DNA from: a virus
Lineage: Duplodnaviria; Caudoviricetes
Strand: one strand, 5' to 3'
Virus record (IMG/VR): IMGVR_UViG_3300030101_003030
Span: 1 to 56,598 of that record
Length of the DNA: 56,598 nt
Positions 24,460-35,400 of this stretch are shown here, in pieces. The notes under the pieces were generated by a model. It was not told where the DNA came from. It made no database searches and was given only the letters and a program-made list of their open reading frames with translations. Made by a program: the position numbers and the translations under genes. Numbering within the stretch: the stretch's first letter is position 1; each line of letters begins with the position of its first letter.

Positions 24460-26895
24460 ATGAAAGACGTTAAGATAAATATATCCTCAGCAGGATTTCC
24501 AAATCAGTTTGTATCTGATGCGGAAAAAGCAACCGATCAATATGGATTACAAATCGGTCAAGCCATTCAGTATGAGTGGTTTAGAAAAGATGGAAACCAA
24601 TGTAGATTTTACAATCAGTTTGCAAACTTTAATAGGCTAAGGTTGTATGCTAGGGGTGAACAGTCAATAGCTAAATATAAAAATGAAATAGCTGTTGATG
24701 GTGACTTATCTTATTTGAATCTTGATTGGACTCCCGTCCCTATACTCCCTAAGTTTGTAGATATAGTTGTTAATGGTATGTCAGATAGACTATTTAAAGT
24801 TAATGCCTACGCACAAGATGCTGTGTCTCAAGCTAAAAGAAGTAAGTATCAGGAGATGGTAGAATCTCAAATGAATGCTAGAGATCTACTAAGCCTAGTT
24901 AAAGAGGAGTCAGGAGTAGATCCTTTTATTATGCCTGAAGAAGAACTACCAAAAACAGATGAGGAGCTTAGTTTATTTATGCAGGTTAATTATAAACCTG
25001 CAATAGAGATAGCTGAAGAAGAAGCTATTGATACTTTGCTTGAAGCCAATCACTATCAAGACCTAAGAAAAAGATGTGACTATGACCAAATGGTATTAGG
25101 TGTATCTATGGCAAAGCATGAGTTCTTACCGGGAGCAGGAGTTAAAGTATCTTATGTAGATCCGGCCAATGTAGTATATAGCTATACCGAGGACCCTCAC
25201 TTTAAAGATTGTTTCTATTGGGGTGAGATTAAAACACTTCCTATAACAGAGCTTTTAAAAATTGATCAAGATCTAACTAATGAGGATTTAGAAGAAATAA
25301 GTAAGTATAGTCAAAATTGGTATAATTATTATAATGTTGCTCAGTTTTATGAGAATAGTTTATTCTATAAAGACACCTGTACTTTATTATATTTTAATTA
25401 CAAAACTACTCAGAAGACTGTATATAAGAAGAAATACTTTGAAGGAGGAGGAAGCAAAGTAATTGAGAAAGACGATAGTTTCAACCCACCTGCAGAAATG
25501 ATGGAAGAGGGTAGGTTTGAAAAGATAGAGAAAACTATTGATGTGTGGTATGAAGGAGTAATGGTGATGGGAACTAATATATTATTAAAGTGGGAGCTTT
25601 CAAAGAATATGGTTCGTCCTAAGTCTGCAACTCAACACGCTCTACCCAATTACATTGCTGTAGCACCAAGAATGTATAAAGGAAATATTGAGTCGCTTGT
25701 AAGAAGAATGATTCCGTTTGCTGACTTGATTCAAATAACACATTTAAAAATTCAACAAGTATTATCAAGAGTAGTACCTGATGGTGTATTTATAGATGCT
25801 GATGGATTAAATGAAGTAGATCTTGGAACAGGTAATGCTTACAATCCTGAAGATGCATTAAGATTGTATTTCCAAACAGGTAGTGTTATTGGTAGAAGTT
25901 ATACTCAAGATGGTGAGTTTAATAATGCAAGAGTTCCTATTCAAGAATTAAACAGTAACTCAGGAGCAGGTAAATTAAATATGTTGGTTAATAACTACAA
26001 CCATTATTTAAATATGATTAGAGATGTGACAGGACTTAATGAAGCAAGAGATGGTTCATCACCTAATCCTAATTCATTAGTTGGTTTACAAAAACTTGCA
26101 GCTTTAAGTTCTAATACAGCAACAAGACATATCCTAAACAGCAGCTTATATATGATGAGAACTTTAGCTGAAGGACTTACATATAGAGTAGCAGATATAT
26201 TAGAGTATGCCGACTTTGCTGATGAGTTTGCAAATCAAATAGGCAAGTACAATGTAGCGAGACTTGAAGATATAAAAGATCTTTACATATATGACTTTGG
26301 TATTTTTATAGAGGTTAGCCCTGATGAAGAAGAGAAAGCTATGCTTGAGCAAAACATTCAGATGGCATTGTCTCAAAAAGATATTAACCTTGAGGATGCT
26401 ATTGACATTAGAGAAGTTAAAAACATAAAACTTGCTACTCAACTATTAAAGGTTAAAAGAAAGCAGAAGCAAGAGCACGATGACTTTATGGCTATGCAGG
26501 CACAGCAGATGCAAGCACAACAACAAATGCAAGTGCAGCAAATGGCTGCTCAAGCTGCACAAGAAAAGATTCAGGCTGAAACACAATCTAAGATTCAAAT
26601 AAAAGAAGCTGAAATACAGTTTGAGGTACAGAAGATGCAAGCTGAAGCACAACTTAAACGTGAGTTAATGGCTGAAGAGTTTGCTTACAATCAAGAGCTA
26701 AGGGGAATGAGTGAAGCTGCCTTACAGGAAAGAGAAACACAAAGAGAGGTGGCTAAGTCTGACAGGATAACACAACAGAACAATCAACAGTCTAAATTGA
26801 TCAATCAAAGGAAGAATAATTTACCTCCTCAAACCTTTGAATCTAATGAAGATAGTTTAGATGGATTTGACCTTGCAGAATTTTCTCCAAGGTAG
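24460..26895 (+). CDS. Portal protein
   Basis: 811 aa after TerL; RDVTGLNEARDG, long Q/M-rich C-terminal coil. Confidence 0.88.
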   Translation: MKDVKINISSAGFPNQFVSDAEKATDQYGLQIGQAIQYEWFRKDGNQCRFYNQFANFNRLRLYARGEQSIAKYKNEIAVDGDLSYLNLDWTPVPILPKFVDIVVNGMSDRLFKVNAYAQDAVSQAKRSKYQEMVESQMNARDLLSLVKEESGVDPFIMPEEELPKTDEELSLFMQVNYKPAIEIAEEEAIDTLLEANHYQDLRKRCDYDQMVLGVSMAKHEFLPGAGVKVSYVDPANVVYSYTEDPHFKDCFYWGEIKTLPITELLKIDQDLTNEDLEEISKYSQNWYNYYNVAQFYENSLFYKDTCTLLYFNYKTTQKTVYKKKYFEGGGSKVIEKDDSFNPPAEMMEEGRFEKIEKTIDVWYEGVMVMGTNILLKWELSKNMVRPKSATQHALPNYIAVAPRMYKGNIESLVRRMIPFADLIQITHLKIQQVLSRVVPDGVFIDADGLNEVDLGTGNAYNPEDALRLYFQTGSVIGRSYTQDGEFNNARVPIQELNSNSGAGKLNMLVNNYNHYLNMIRDVTGLNEARDGSSPNPNSLVGLQKLAALSSNTATRHILNSSLYMMRTLAEGLTYRVADILEYADFADEFANQIGKYNVARLEDIKDLYIYDFGIFIEVSPDEEEKAMLEQNIQMALSQKDINLEDAIDIREVKNIKLATQLLKVKRKQKQEHDDFMAMQAQQMQAQQQMQVQQMAAQAAQEKIQAETQSKIQIKEAEIQFEVQKMQAEAQLKRELMAEEFAYNQELRGMSEAALQERETQREVAKSDRITQQNNQQSKLINQRKNNLPPQTFESNEDSLDGFDLAEFSPR

Positions 26896-26946
26896 CTTAA
26901 TTAAGTTGTGTTTTTTTTGTTTAACTTTGTAGTAAAATTTAATTAA

Positions 26947-28062
26947 ATGGAAATAAAAGTAAAAGCAATAGAAGGGAGTGGCGAAAAAAGCACTCAAGAA
27001 GTAGAAAAAGAATTACTTGAAAAGCACGAAGAACAACTTGAAGATTCTTCAGTTGAAGTGCAAGAAAAAACGGAAACTCCTGTAGAGGAAGTTCCACAAG
27101 TTGAATCGAAAGAGGAAACAAAAGAAGAAGCATCCTTAACGGATGATGACGTTCTTTCATATATTGAGAATAGGTACGGAAAGAAAATCAATTCATTTGA
27201 TGAGTTGATGACAGAGCGTGAGACATCAGAAGAATTACCTGAAGATGTAGCCGCTTACTTTAAGTACAAAAAAGATACAGGTCGTGGCATTGAAGATTAT
27301 GTTAAGTTACAACGAGACTTTGATTCAATGGAAAGCGACCATTTGTTAGCTGAATACTATATGGCTACAGAAGAAGGTTTAGACCGAGAAGATGTAGAAG
27401 ATATGGTAGATGATTTTTCGTATGACGAAGACATTGATGACGAGAAGGACATCAAAAAAATGAAGCTAGCAAAGAAAAAAGAAATTGCAAAGGCTAAGAA
27501 GTTTTTCAATGAGCGGAAGGAAATGTATAAACAACCCCTTGAGTCAAGTACGGTTGGAATGTCTGATGAAGCCAAGAAACAACTAGAAGAGTACAAGCAA
27601 TATGTAGACAATGCAAAGTCGTATGAAGAGGAGAACAAGCGTAAGAGCGAGTGGTTCGTAAAGAAGACAGATGAAGTGTTTGACAATGAGTTCAAAGGTT
27701 TTGAGTTCAAGTTAGATGACCGAAGCGTTACTTACTCTCCTGCAGATGCAGCAGAACTGAAGAAGGCACAGATGACTCCAATGAATTTTGTAAATAAATA
27801 CTTGGATGAAAATGGATTAATGAAGGATGCAGCAGGATACCACCGGGCATTATCTATAGCTATGAACCCTGAGAGGTTTGCTAAGTTCTTTTATGAGCAA
27901 GGTAAATCAGAAGCGGTAGACGGAGTGATGCGTAAACAAAAGAATGTCAACATGACAACACGTAAAGCACCTGAGACTGTTAATAAAGGGGGATTACAAA
28001 TTAAAGCTATGAATCCTGATTCAGGACGAGGGCTTAAAATTAGAAGTATAAAAAGAAAATAA
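26947..28062 (+). CDS. Scaffolding protein
   Basis: Acidic helical protein between portal and capsid. Confidence 0.75.
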   Translation: MEIKVKAIEGSGEKSTQEVEKELLEKHEEQLEDSSVEVQEKTETPVEEVPQVESKEETKEEASLTDDDVLSYIENRYGKKINSFDELMTERETSEELPEDVAAYFKYKKDTGRGIEDYVKLQRDFDSMESDHLLAEYYMATEEGLDREDVEDMVDDFSYDEDIDDEKDIKKMKLAKKKEIAKAKKFFNERKEMYKQPLESSTVGMSDEAKKQLEEYKQYVDNAKSYEEENKRKSEWFVKKTDEVFDNEFKGFEFKLDDRSVTYSPADAAELKKAQMTPMNFVNKYLDENGLMKDAAGYHRALSIAMNPERFAKFFYEQGKSEAVDGVMRKQKNVNMTTRKAPETVNKGGLQIKAMNPDSGRGLKIRSIKRK

Positions 28063-28085
28063 AAACAATTTAAAAATTAAAAAAA

Positions 28086-29552
28086 ATGGCAGTTTTAGCA
28101 ACACCGGGATTTGACTTACAACCAAGTGCACAACAGGTCCCAACATCAACAAACTACATTACCGATTTTGATTTCTTGAATCAGTATCTACCTGATACTT
28201 ATGAAAAAGAATTTGAAAGATATGGTAATAGAACAATCGCATCTTTCCTTAGAATGGTAGGGGCAGAGATGCCCACAAACTCAGACCAAATAAAATGGGC
28301 GGAGCAAGGAAGATTACATATAAAGTACACTAAAGTAGGATCAGCAGCTCTTGCAACAGCAACTACAGCAACATTACAAATAAATGATGATCCTGTCCCT
28401 GCAGGTTTAGCAGCACCACAAGGTAGCACAGCAGGAACTCCTTTCAACGCTAGTCATGGTATTGCACTCAGAGTTGGACAAACAATTATGTTGGTTCCAA
28501 ATGCAGGGGGTGCAAGTAACAAAGCTGTAATCACTGCAGTAAACACAACTCTTACTCAATGTACAGTAGCATTTTATGACAATGGTGGTTTAGCAGTAGC
28601 AGGTACAGGTGTAGGTAACTCAGACTATACTCTCTTTGTTTATGGTTCTGAATTTAAGAAAGGAACAGCAGGAATGTCAGGAAGCCTTGAGGGTGATGAC
28701 TTTATCTTTGCTAACAATCCTATCATTATCAAAGATACTTATAAAGTATCAGGTTCTGATATGGCTCAAATCGGATGGATTGAAATTTCAACTGAAGACG
28801 GAGGTACAGGATACCTTTGGTATTTAAAGTCTGAACATGAGACAAGACTACGTTTTGAGGATTACCTAGAAACAGCAATGATTGAAGCAGTTCCTGCAAC
28901 TACAGCAGCAGGTGGATCAGGAGCGGCAACAGCAGGCTTCATGGGATCTGAAGGTATCTTCTACGTTGTAGAGAATAGAGGAAATGTATGGGGTGGAGGA
29001 AACCCTGTAGCATTAGCTGACTTTGATGCAGTTATCCAAAGATTAGACAAGCAAGGTTCTATTGAAGAAAATGTTATCTTCTTGAATCGTCAGTTTAGTT
29101 TTGATATGGATGATATGTTAGCAGCTCAAAACTCTTACGGAGCAGGTGGTACGTCTTACGGACTATTTGATAACGATGAGGAGATGGCTCTTAACTTAGG
29201 ATTCTCAGGATTCAGAAGAGGATATGACTTCTACAAAACAGATTGGAAATACTTAAATGATCCAACAATGAGAGGTGGTATTTCAGGAGCAGGCGTAGGA
29301 ATCAATGGACTATTAGTTCCTGCAGGTTCAACTTCTGTTTACGATCAAATCCTTGGAAAGAATGCAAAACGTCCTTTCTTACACGTACGTTACAGAGCTT
29401 CTGAAACAGAAGACAGACGATACAAATCTTGGGTTACAGGTTCAGCAGGAGGAGCAAGAACTTCTGACGATGACTTTATGCAAGTAAACTTCTTATCTGA
29501 AAGAGCAGTTTGTACGCTTGGAGCGAACAACTTCTTCTTATTCAAAGACTAA
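28086..29552 (+). CDS. Major capsid protein
   Basis: Position, size, biased codons, WAEQGRLH; followed by strong terminator. Confidence 0.88.
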   Translation: MAVLATPGFDLQPSAQQVPTSTNYITDFDFLNQYLPDTYEKEFERYGNRTIASFLRMVGAEMPTNSDQIKWAEQGRLHIKYTKVGSAALATATTATLQINDDPVPAGLAAPQGSTAGTPFNASHGIALRVGQTIMLVPNAGGASNKAVITAVNTTLTQCTVAFYDNGGLAVAGTGVGNSDYTLFVYGSEFKKGTAGMSGSLEGDDFIFANNPIIIKDTYKVSGSDMAQIGWIEISTEDGGTGYLWYLKSEHETRLRFEDYLETAMIEAVPATTAAGGSGAATAGFMGSEGIFYVVENRGNVWGGGNPVALADFDAVIQRLDKQGSIEENVIFLNRQFSFDMDDMLAAQNSYGAGGTSYGLFDNDEEMALNLGFSGFRRGYDFYKTDWKYLNDPTMRGGISGAGVGINGLLVPAGSTSVYDQILGKNAKRPFLHVRYRASETEDRRYKSWVTGSAGGARTSDDDFMQVNFLSERAVCTLGANNFFLFKD

Positions 29553-29562
29553 GAACACATAT

Positions 29563-29592
29563 AAGGGGAGGGTTAGTTCCCTCCCTTTTTTT
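29563..29592 (+). terminator. Intrinsic terminator after capsid gene
   Basis: GGGAGGG/CCCTCCC stem followed by T7. Confidence 0.85.
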
Positions 29593-29616
29593 ATTATAAA
29601 TTTTAAATCAAATCAA

Positions 29617-30369
29617 ATGAAAACAAAAAAACAAGCACCTACTGTAAAGCAGTATAGGTTAAAGCAAAACTCAGCTCCTTTATCTTATTTACTTCCTACA
29701 AGACATACAAGGAGAGCACCATTACTTTATTTCGATAAAGACAAAAACATAAACAGACCTTTAAGATATTCATCTAATCAGAAGAGTCCTTTCGAGGATG
29801 AGCAGGATGGAAACTTTATAATTGAGCCAATCATTTTTGAAGATGGTTTTTTAACAGTTCCTGCAAACAATCCTGTTCTTCAACAATTCTTATACTATCA
29901 TCCGCAAAGAGATATTGTATTTGAGGAGGTTGACAAAGAAAGAGATGCTAAAGAAGTGGTGGAAGAATTAAATGCAGAAGTAGATGCTTTAATTAAAGCA
30001 AGACAACTTACCATAGAGCAATTAGAAAATGTATCACGTATCTTGTTTAATGTTGACGTATCTAAAGTTTCAACAGCAGAATTAAAAAGAGATGTGCTTA
30101 TATATGCACGTAATGAACCTGAAAACTTTTTAGATGTTTTATCTGATCCTGAGTTAGATCTTCAAGCTAAGGTAGCCATGTTCTTTGAAAAAGGACTACT
30201 TGGATTTAGAAATAAAAACAAAGATGTATATTTTTATACGCCATCTAATAAAAAGAGAATGCTAACAATTCCTTATAACGAAGATCCTTACTATGTAGTT
30301 ACTTCATACTTACAAAGTGATGATGGTATTGATGCATTAAAGATGCTTGAAAGCCATCTAGAAGACTAG
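29617..30369 (+). CDS. Conserved hypothetical protein (start revised to 29617)
   Basis: AAATCAAATCAAATG leader; the longer start would cross the terminator. Confidence 0.8.
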   Translation: MKTKKQAPTVKQYRLKQNSAPLSYLLPTRHTRRAPLLYFDKDKNINRPLRYSSNQKSPFEDEQDGNFIIEPIIFEDGFLTVPANNPVLQQFLYYHPQRDIVFEEVDKERDAKEVVEELNAEVDALIKARQLTIEQLENVSRILFNVDVSKVSTAELKRDVLIYARNEPENFLDVLSDPELDLQAKVAMFFEKGLLGFRNKNKDVYFYTPSNKKRMLTIPYNEDPYYVVTSYLQSDDGIDALKMLESHLED

Positions 30370-30428
30370 ATTTTTTTACGTATCTTTGTGTTGAGAATAT
30401 TCTCATAACACCATTTAAATTTTTAATA

Positions 30429-30704
30429 ATGGCTAAATATTTATCATTTACTACAGACGTAGGAACAGAATTAGTAAACGCAGGAGCAATCTCTTTTGTT
30501 GTGCTTCAAAGTGCAACTGAGGTTAGAATGTATGAGCTTACAGGAAACAAGCACTTTAAATTAACAGTAGTTACAGGAACTCAAGCTTTTGTTGATTCAA
30601 TCAATGCGGCTTTACAACAAGCTGCTGAGACTTCATGGCAAAACTCCGTTATCGCTGTAACAAATACAGGGGTAGCAAGTATCACAAGTGTTACTGTAGT
30701 TTAA
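30429..30704 (+). CDS. Small putative structural protein
   Basis: Own promoter (30381) and terminator. Confidence 0.75.
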   Translation: MAKYLSFTTDVGTELVNAGAISFVVLQSATEVRMYELTGNKHFKLTVVTGTQAFVDSINAALQQAAETSWQNSVIAVTNTGVASITSVTVV

Positions 30705-30728
30705 TTCCAATTTATTAAAACTTATAAA

Positions 30729-30764
30729 AGAGAGGATGTAAAAAAATGCATCCTCTTTTTTTTT
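30729..30764 (+). terminator. Intrinsic terminator
   Basis: AGAGGATG/CATCCTCT stem followed by long T tract. Confidence 0.85.
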
Positions 30765-30789
30765 CTTTATCTTTGTAAAAAGATCACAA

Positions 30790-31536
30790 ATGATAAACTC
30801 GATCAGAAACACTGTACTATCCATTATAAATAAAAATAACTATGGATATATTTCTCCTTCGGACTTTAATCTATTTGCTAAACAAGCACAGCTAGATTTG
30901 TTTGAAGATTATTTTTACACATACAATTTTCAAATCAATAAAGAAAACGCAAGAAGATCAGGAACAGGTTATGCTGACATAAAGAAAGGATTGGCAGAAG
31001 TAATTGAATTTTTTTCGGTTAGTGCTGACCTATCACAAAACTTAGGAAATACTTTTATTGTACCGACAGCAGCTACTACAGGTAGTGATTACTATCTTAT
31101 CAACAAAGTATTGTTTAATACCGGAGTGGCAGGAACACCTTTAAGAGAAATGGAGAAGGTAAACCATACTAAAATAACCATGCTTAACAATTCTTTACTT
31201 ACAGCACCTAACGAAACTTTTCCTGCATATACTTTAGAGGGAGATCTTATTACTGCATATCCTGCCACTATAGATGGTAGCGGGACTCAAAAGGTTAACT
31301 GTCAATACTTTAGGTACCCTAAAGATCCTAAGTGGACCTATGTAGTTCTTGCAAGCGGAACACCTGTATTTGATTCTACACAACCTGACTTTCAAGATTT
31401 TGAATTACCTTTATCTGACGAGCCATACTTGGTAGCAAAGATATTAGAATACGCAGGTATATCTATAAGAGAAACTGAAGTTTATCAATTTGGTAAAACA
31501 GAAGAAACACAAAACATTCAAGAAGAAAGTAGATAA
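30790..31536 (+). CDS. Head-tail adaptor/ring-type structural protein
   Basis: YFRYPKDPKW, LEYAGISIRE; position before tail genes. Confidence 0.65.
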   Translation: MINSIRNTVLSIINKNNYGYISPSDFNLFAKQAQLDLFEDYFYTYNFQINKENARRSGTGYADIKKGLAEVIEFFSVSADLSQNLGNTFIVPTAATTGSDYYLINKVLFNTGVAGTPLREMEKVNHTKITMLNNSLLTAPNETFPAYTLEGDLITAYPATIDGSGTQKVNCQYFRYPKDPKWTYVVLASGTPVFDSTQPDFQDFELPLSDEPYLVAKILEYAGISIRETEVYQFGKTEETQNIQEESR

Positions 31537-31538
31537 CA

Positions 31539-32462
31539 ATGGCATATTTAACTCAGTATCAATACTATGAAAATGCAGGAGTAGCTCCTACAAATACTAA
31601 TTGGGGTTCATACCAATACATTAGTTTAGAAGATGTTGTTAACAACTTTATGTTAATGTATAGTGGCAACCACGAACTAATAAACAACGAAGAAAGATAT
31701 AAGATTTTATTCCATGCTAAAAGAGCAATACAAGAATTAAACTATGATGCTTTTAAAGAAATTAAAACATTAGAGCTTACAGTATGTGATTTAGTAAGGT
31801 TTGTTCTTCCTTCAGATTATGTTAATTGGGTAAGAATATCTTTATATAAAGATGGTGTTCTAAGACCAATGACAGAAAACATTCAAATAAATGGAGCAAA
31901 AGCATACCTACAAGACAATGATTGTAATATATTGTTTGATGTAAATGGCAATGCACTATCTCCTCAATATTCAGAGCTTGACTTTGATAGAATAACAGGA
32001 TCAAAGAAAAGTATCTATCTTAACAAGTTAAGTCCTTATGACGGAAGAGAAGGTTATTGCTGTGATGGTAATTGGTATTTTGATTACAATATCGGTGCTA
32101 GATATGGATTGAATACTGAGACCGCTAACAATAATCCTACATTTAGAATTGACAACAAAGCAGGAGTTATTAACTTTAGTTCGGAAATGTCAGGAGAAAC
32201 TTGTATATTGGAATATGTTTCTGATGGTATGGAAGGTGGAGTAGATGCAAACATTACAGTCAACAAATTGTTTGAAGATTTTATTTATGCTTATATTCAA
32301 TATGCTATTTTAAATAGTAAGGTTGGGGCACAAGAGTATATAGTGCGTAGAGCACAGAAAAACAAATCAGCTTTACTGCGTAATGCTAAAATCAGAATCA
32401 GTAATATACATCCGGGTAGACTCTTAATGAATCTACGAGGAAGAGATAAATGGATAAAGTAA
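31539..32462 (+). CDS. Tail ring-type structural protein
   Basis: LPSDYVNWVRI, LEYVSDG; position. Confidence 0.6.
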   Translation: MAYLTQYQYYENAGVAPTNTNWGSYQYISLEDVVNNFMLMYSGNHELINNEERYKILFHAKRAIQELNYDAFKEIKTLELTVCDLVRFVLPSDYVNWVRISLYKDGVLRPMTENIQINGAKAYLQDNDCNILFDVNGNALSPQYSELDFDRITGSKKSIYLNKLSPYDGREGYCCDGNWYFDYNIGARYGLNTETANNNPTFRIDNKAGVINFSSEMSGETCILEYVSDGMEGGVDANITVNKLFEDFIYAYIQYAILNSKVGAQEYIVRRAQKNKSALLRNAKIRISNIHPGRLLMNLRGRDKWIK

Positions 32463-32463
32463 T

Positions 32464-35400
32464 ATGCCTAATTTAAAAAGGAATTTTATAAAAGGTAGAA
32501 TGAACAAGGCTGTCGATGAGAGGCTTGTGCGTGATGGCGAATACATTGATGCAATGAATGTTCGTCTTGGATCTACTGAGGAGACAGAGATTGGTTCAGT
32601 AGAAAACTCAAAAGGAAATTTACTTGCTACACCTGCTCTTATATCTTTTAATGGCCATGAGCTTAGTACATCAGCAAGATGTATAGGGGCTTATGAGGAT
32701 GGTGTAAATGAAACTTTATATTGGTTTGTAACTGATTCTGACTTTAACACATCAGGAGCGTCTACAGGTAAGTTAGATTTAATTCTTTCTTTCAACATAC
32801 AAACAAATGTTGTTACCTATCATGTGATAAGTATTAATGATGGAGGCGGAGTGAACACAACATTAAACTTTAATTCAAAGTATCTTATTACAGGAGTAGA
32901 TTTAATAGATGATATGTTATTTTTTACGGATGACCTAAATCCTCCTAGAAAAATAAATGTTACTAAAAGCTATCCTACACCTACCCCCTCAGGGCCAACA
33001 GGAATAGATGATCCTACTTTAGCTGAAGACATATTGGTTATCAAAGCACCACCTGTAGCTTCTCCTACTTTTACTTTGTTTAATTCAGGATCTCAAGATA
33101 ATTTTTTAGAGAGAAGATTTATTTGCTTTGCATATAGATATAGATATGAAGACAATGAATATAGTGCTACCTCACAATTTTCAGATGTGGCTTTTTCAAG
33201 TAGAGCTTTTGGATTATCTTTTTCTAACTTTCTTAATTTAGGTATGTTAAATCTTTTTAACACAGCAACCGTTACTTACAACACAGGAGGTCCGTTGGTT
33301 AAAGGAATTGATTTACTATTTAAAGAAGCAGATAACACAACCATTCGTGTTATTGAAAAGATTGAGAAGTTTGAGAATGGGACTCAAGTAATATCTGATA
33401 ATATTGATAGAACATTTGAGTTTGATAACAGTCGTATATATACAGTATTACCTTCATCAGAGATATTAAGATTATATGATAACGTGCCTAGATTTGCAAA
33501 AGCACAAAGTATAATGGGTAATCGTTTGATGTATGGAAATTATATAGATGGATATAATTTAATAGACAAGAACGGAAATGATTTGCGACTTGATTATCTT
33601 ACAGAGCTTCACACCGAAGCCATAGACTTTGTATCTATTCCAAATACAAGTGTAACATTATCTACTCAAGCATATCCTTTTGGAACACCATCAGGGAATA
33701 ATGTAGCGACTTTAGATTTATCAGGGTTAGCCTTAACAGAGGGAACTGTATTCAGTTTTTCCTTGGAGTTTACTCATGATAGTTTTGTAGGAACTTCTCT
33801 TGGGGCACAAACTACAAATAAAGAAATTTCATTTGCATTTACTTTACAGCAAAACTATACTTCAGTACAAGCAATGATAAACAGTGTTGAATTTAAAAAT
33901 GCTATAGGCGTAACAGGGGATGTCCTTACTCCTATAAGTAATGCTTGTAATGGAACTTCTTTTACTGATAATATGAGGTGTGTTTTGCCAAGCACTTTAA
34001 CAACATATTCTAAAAGCACCACAGGATTAACAGGGTTTAGTATAACAACTCCGGAAGGAATGTGGCAAGTAGGAGCATCAGGATCCAATAATTTTGTAGT
34101 AAAATTACTAGCTGCAAACTTTGTGGACTCTGCAGGTTTAACAACAATAGAGCTTTATAAAATACTCACTGTTAATGCTTCTTGGAATGATACCACAAAT
34201 GCTAGAAGCCTACATAGCGATAGAGACTATGAGGTGGGCATTGTATATATGGATGAATTTAACAGAGCTACTACTGCATTAGTAAGTGATAACACAAATA
34301 CTGTTCATGTTCCTTGTGATAATTCAGATTTACAAAATCAAATAAAGGTTACTCTTGATCCTACTATGCTTGCTCCTGCGTGGGCAAAGAGATATAAGTG
34401 GGTATTAAAACAAGACAAAGATACTTATGAAACTATTTTTTCTGCATTTTTTGTGAAAGATCCAAATAGTAATTATGTATGGTTTTTAGTTGAAGGAGAG
34501 AACGCAAACAAAGTTGCTGTTGGAGATAAATTAAAAGTAAAAACAGATAGCAATGGAGCTGTTAATACTTGTGTGTTTACAACCGTATTAGATAAACAAG
34601 CACAGCCTGAAAACTTTTTATCACCATCAGGTACTACACCACCTTCACCTTTATCTACTGCAGGGGTGTATGTTAAGATGAATCCTAATAATTTTAGTGC
34701 AGTATTTGATTCTAATTCAATTATTGATTTAGGGCTAAACACCTCAACAGCTACGTCTAGCGGTCAAGAGCCTTCAATGTTATACGTAGTAAATCAGCTT
34801 GATGCTGCCGGAACTAATTATGTTGATTTTGATATACCTGCAGGCAGTAAGATAGAGGTGGATATTGAGTTTATTAGAAATGGAACAGGTAACTCTTGTG
34901 GTAAAGACAGTTACTATTTCAATAAAACATTTGTTGCAGGCAATACCTATGCCAATATGTATGATTGGTGGATTGGAGACAATGTAGATGTAACTACAGG
35001 GGTGTGTGATTTTGATCCTAACTCTGAAACTTGTAATGATAATTTATTTGACAGCACGAATCCCGGTCCGTCAGGAGGAGGTGTTCCTTCTGTTACTCTT
35101 GTTCCTCAAAATTCAAAAAATAAATATCAATTTTATAGATTAAACACAAACAATGTTTTATATCTAGGGCTTACAAGTGGGACTCCTGCTTGTGGAGCAA
35201 TAAACAACGATAAGCATTCTATTATAAATTGTCATATAAAAGTATTTAGAAACGAAAACGTATTTGTATTTGAGACTGAGGCTAAGGATACTTCACCTGA
35301 TATATTCTATGAAGGAGCATTGTCGTATCCTATTGATGCTAATGGCTTTCATATAACAGAAACAAACCCTAATGAACCTAACAATATAAATCAAACTGCA

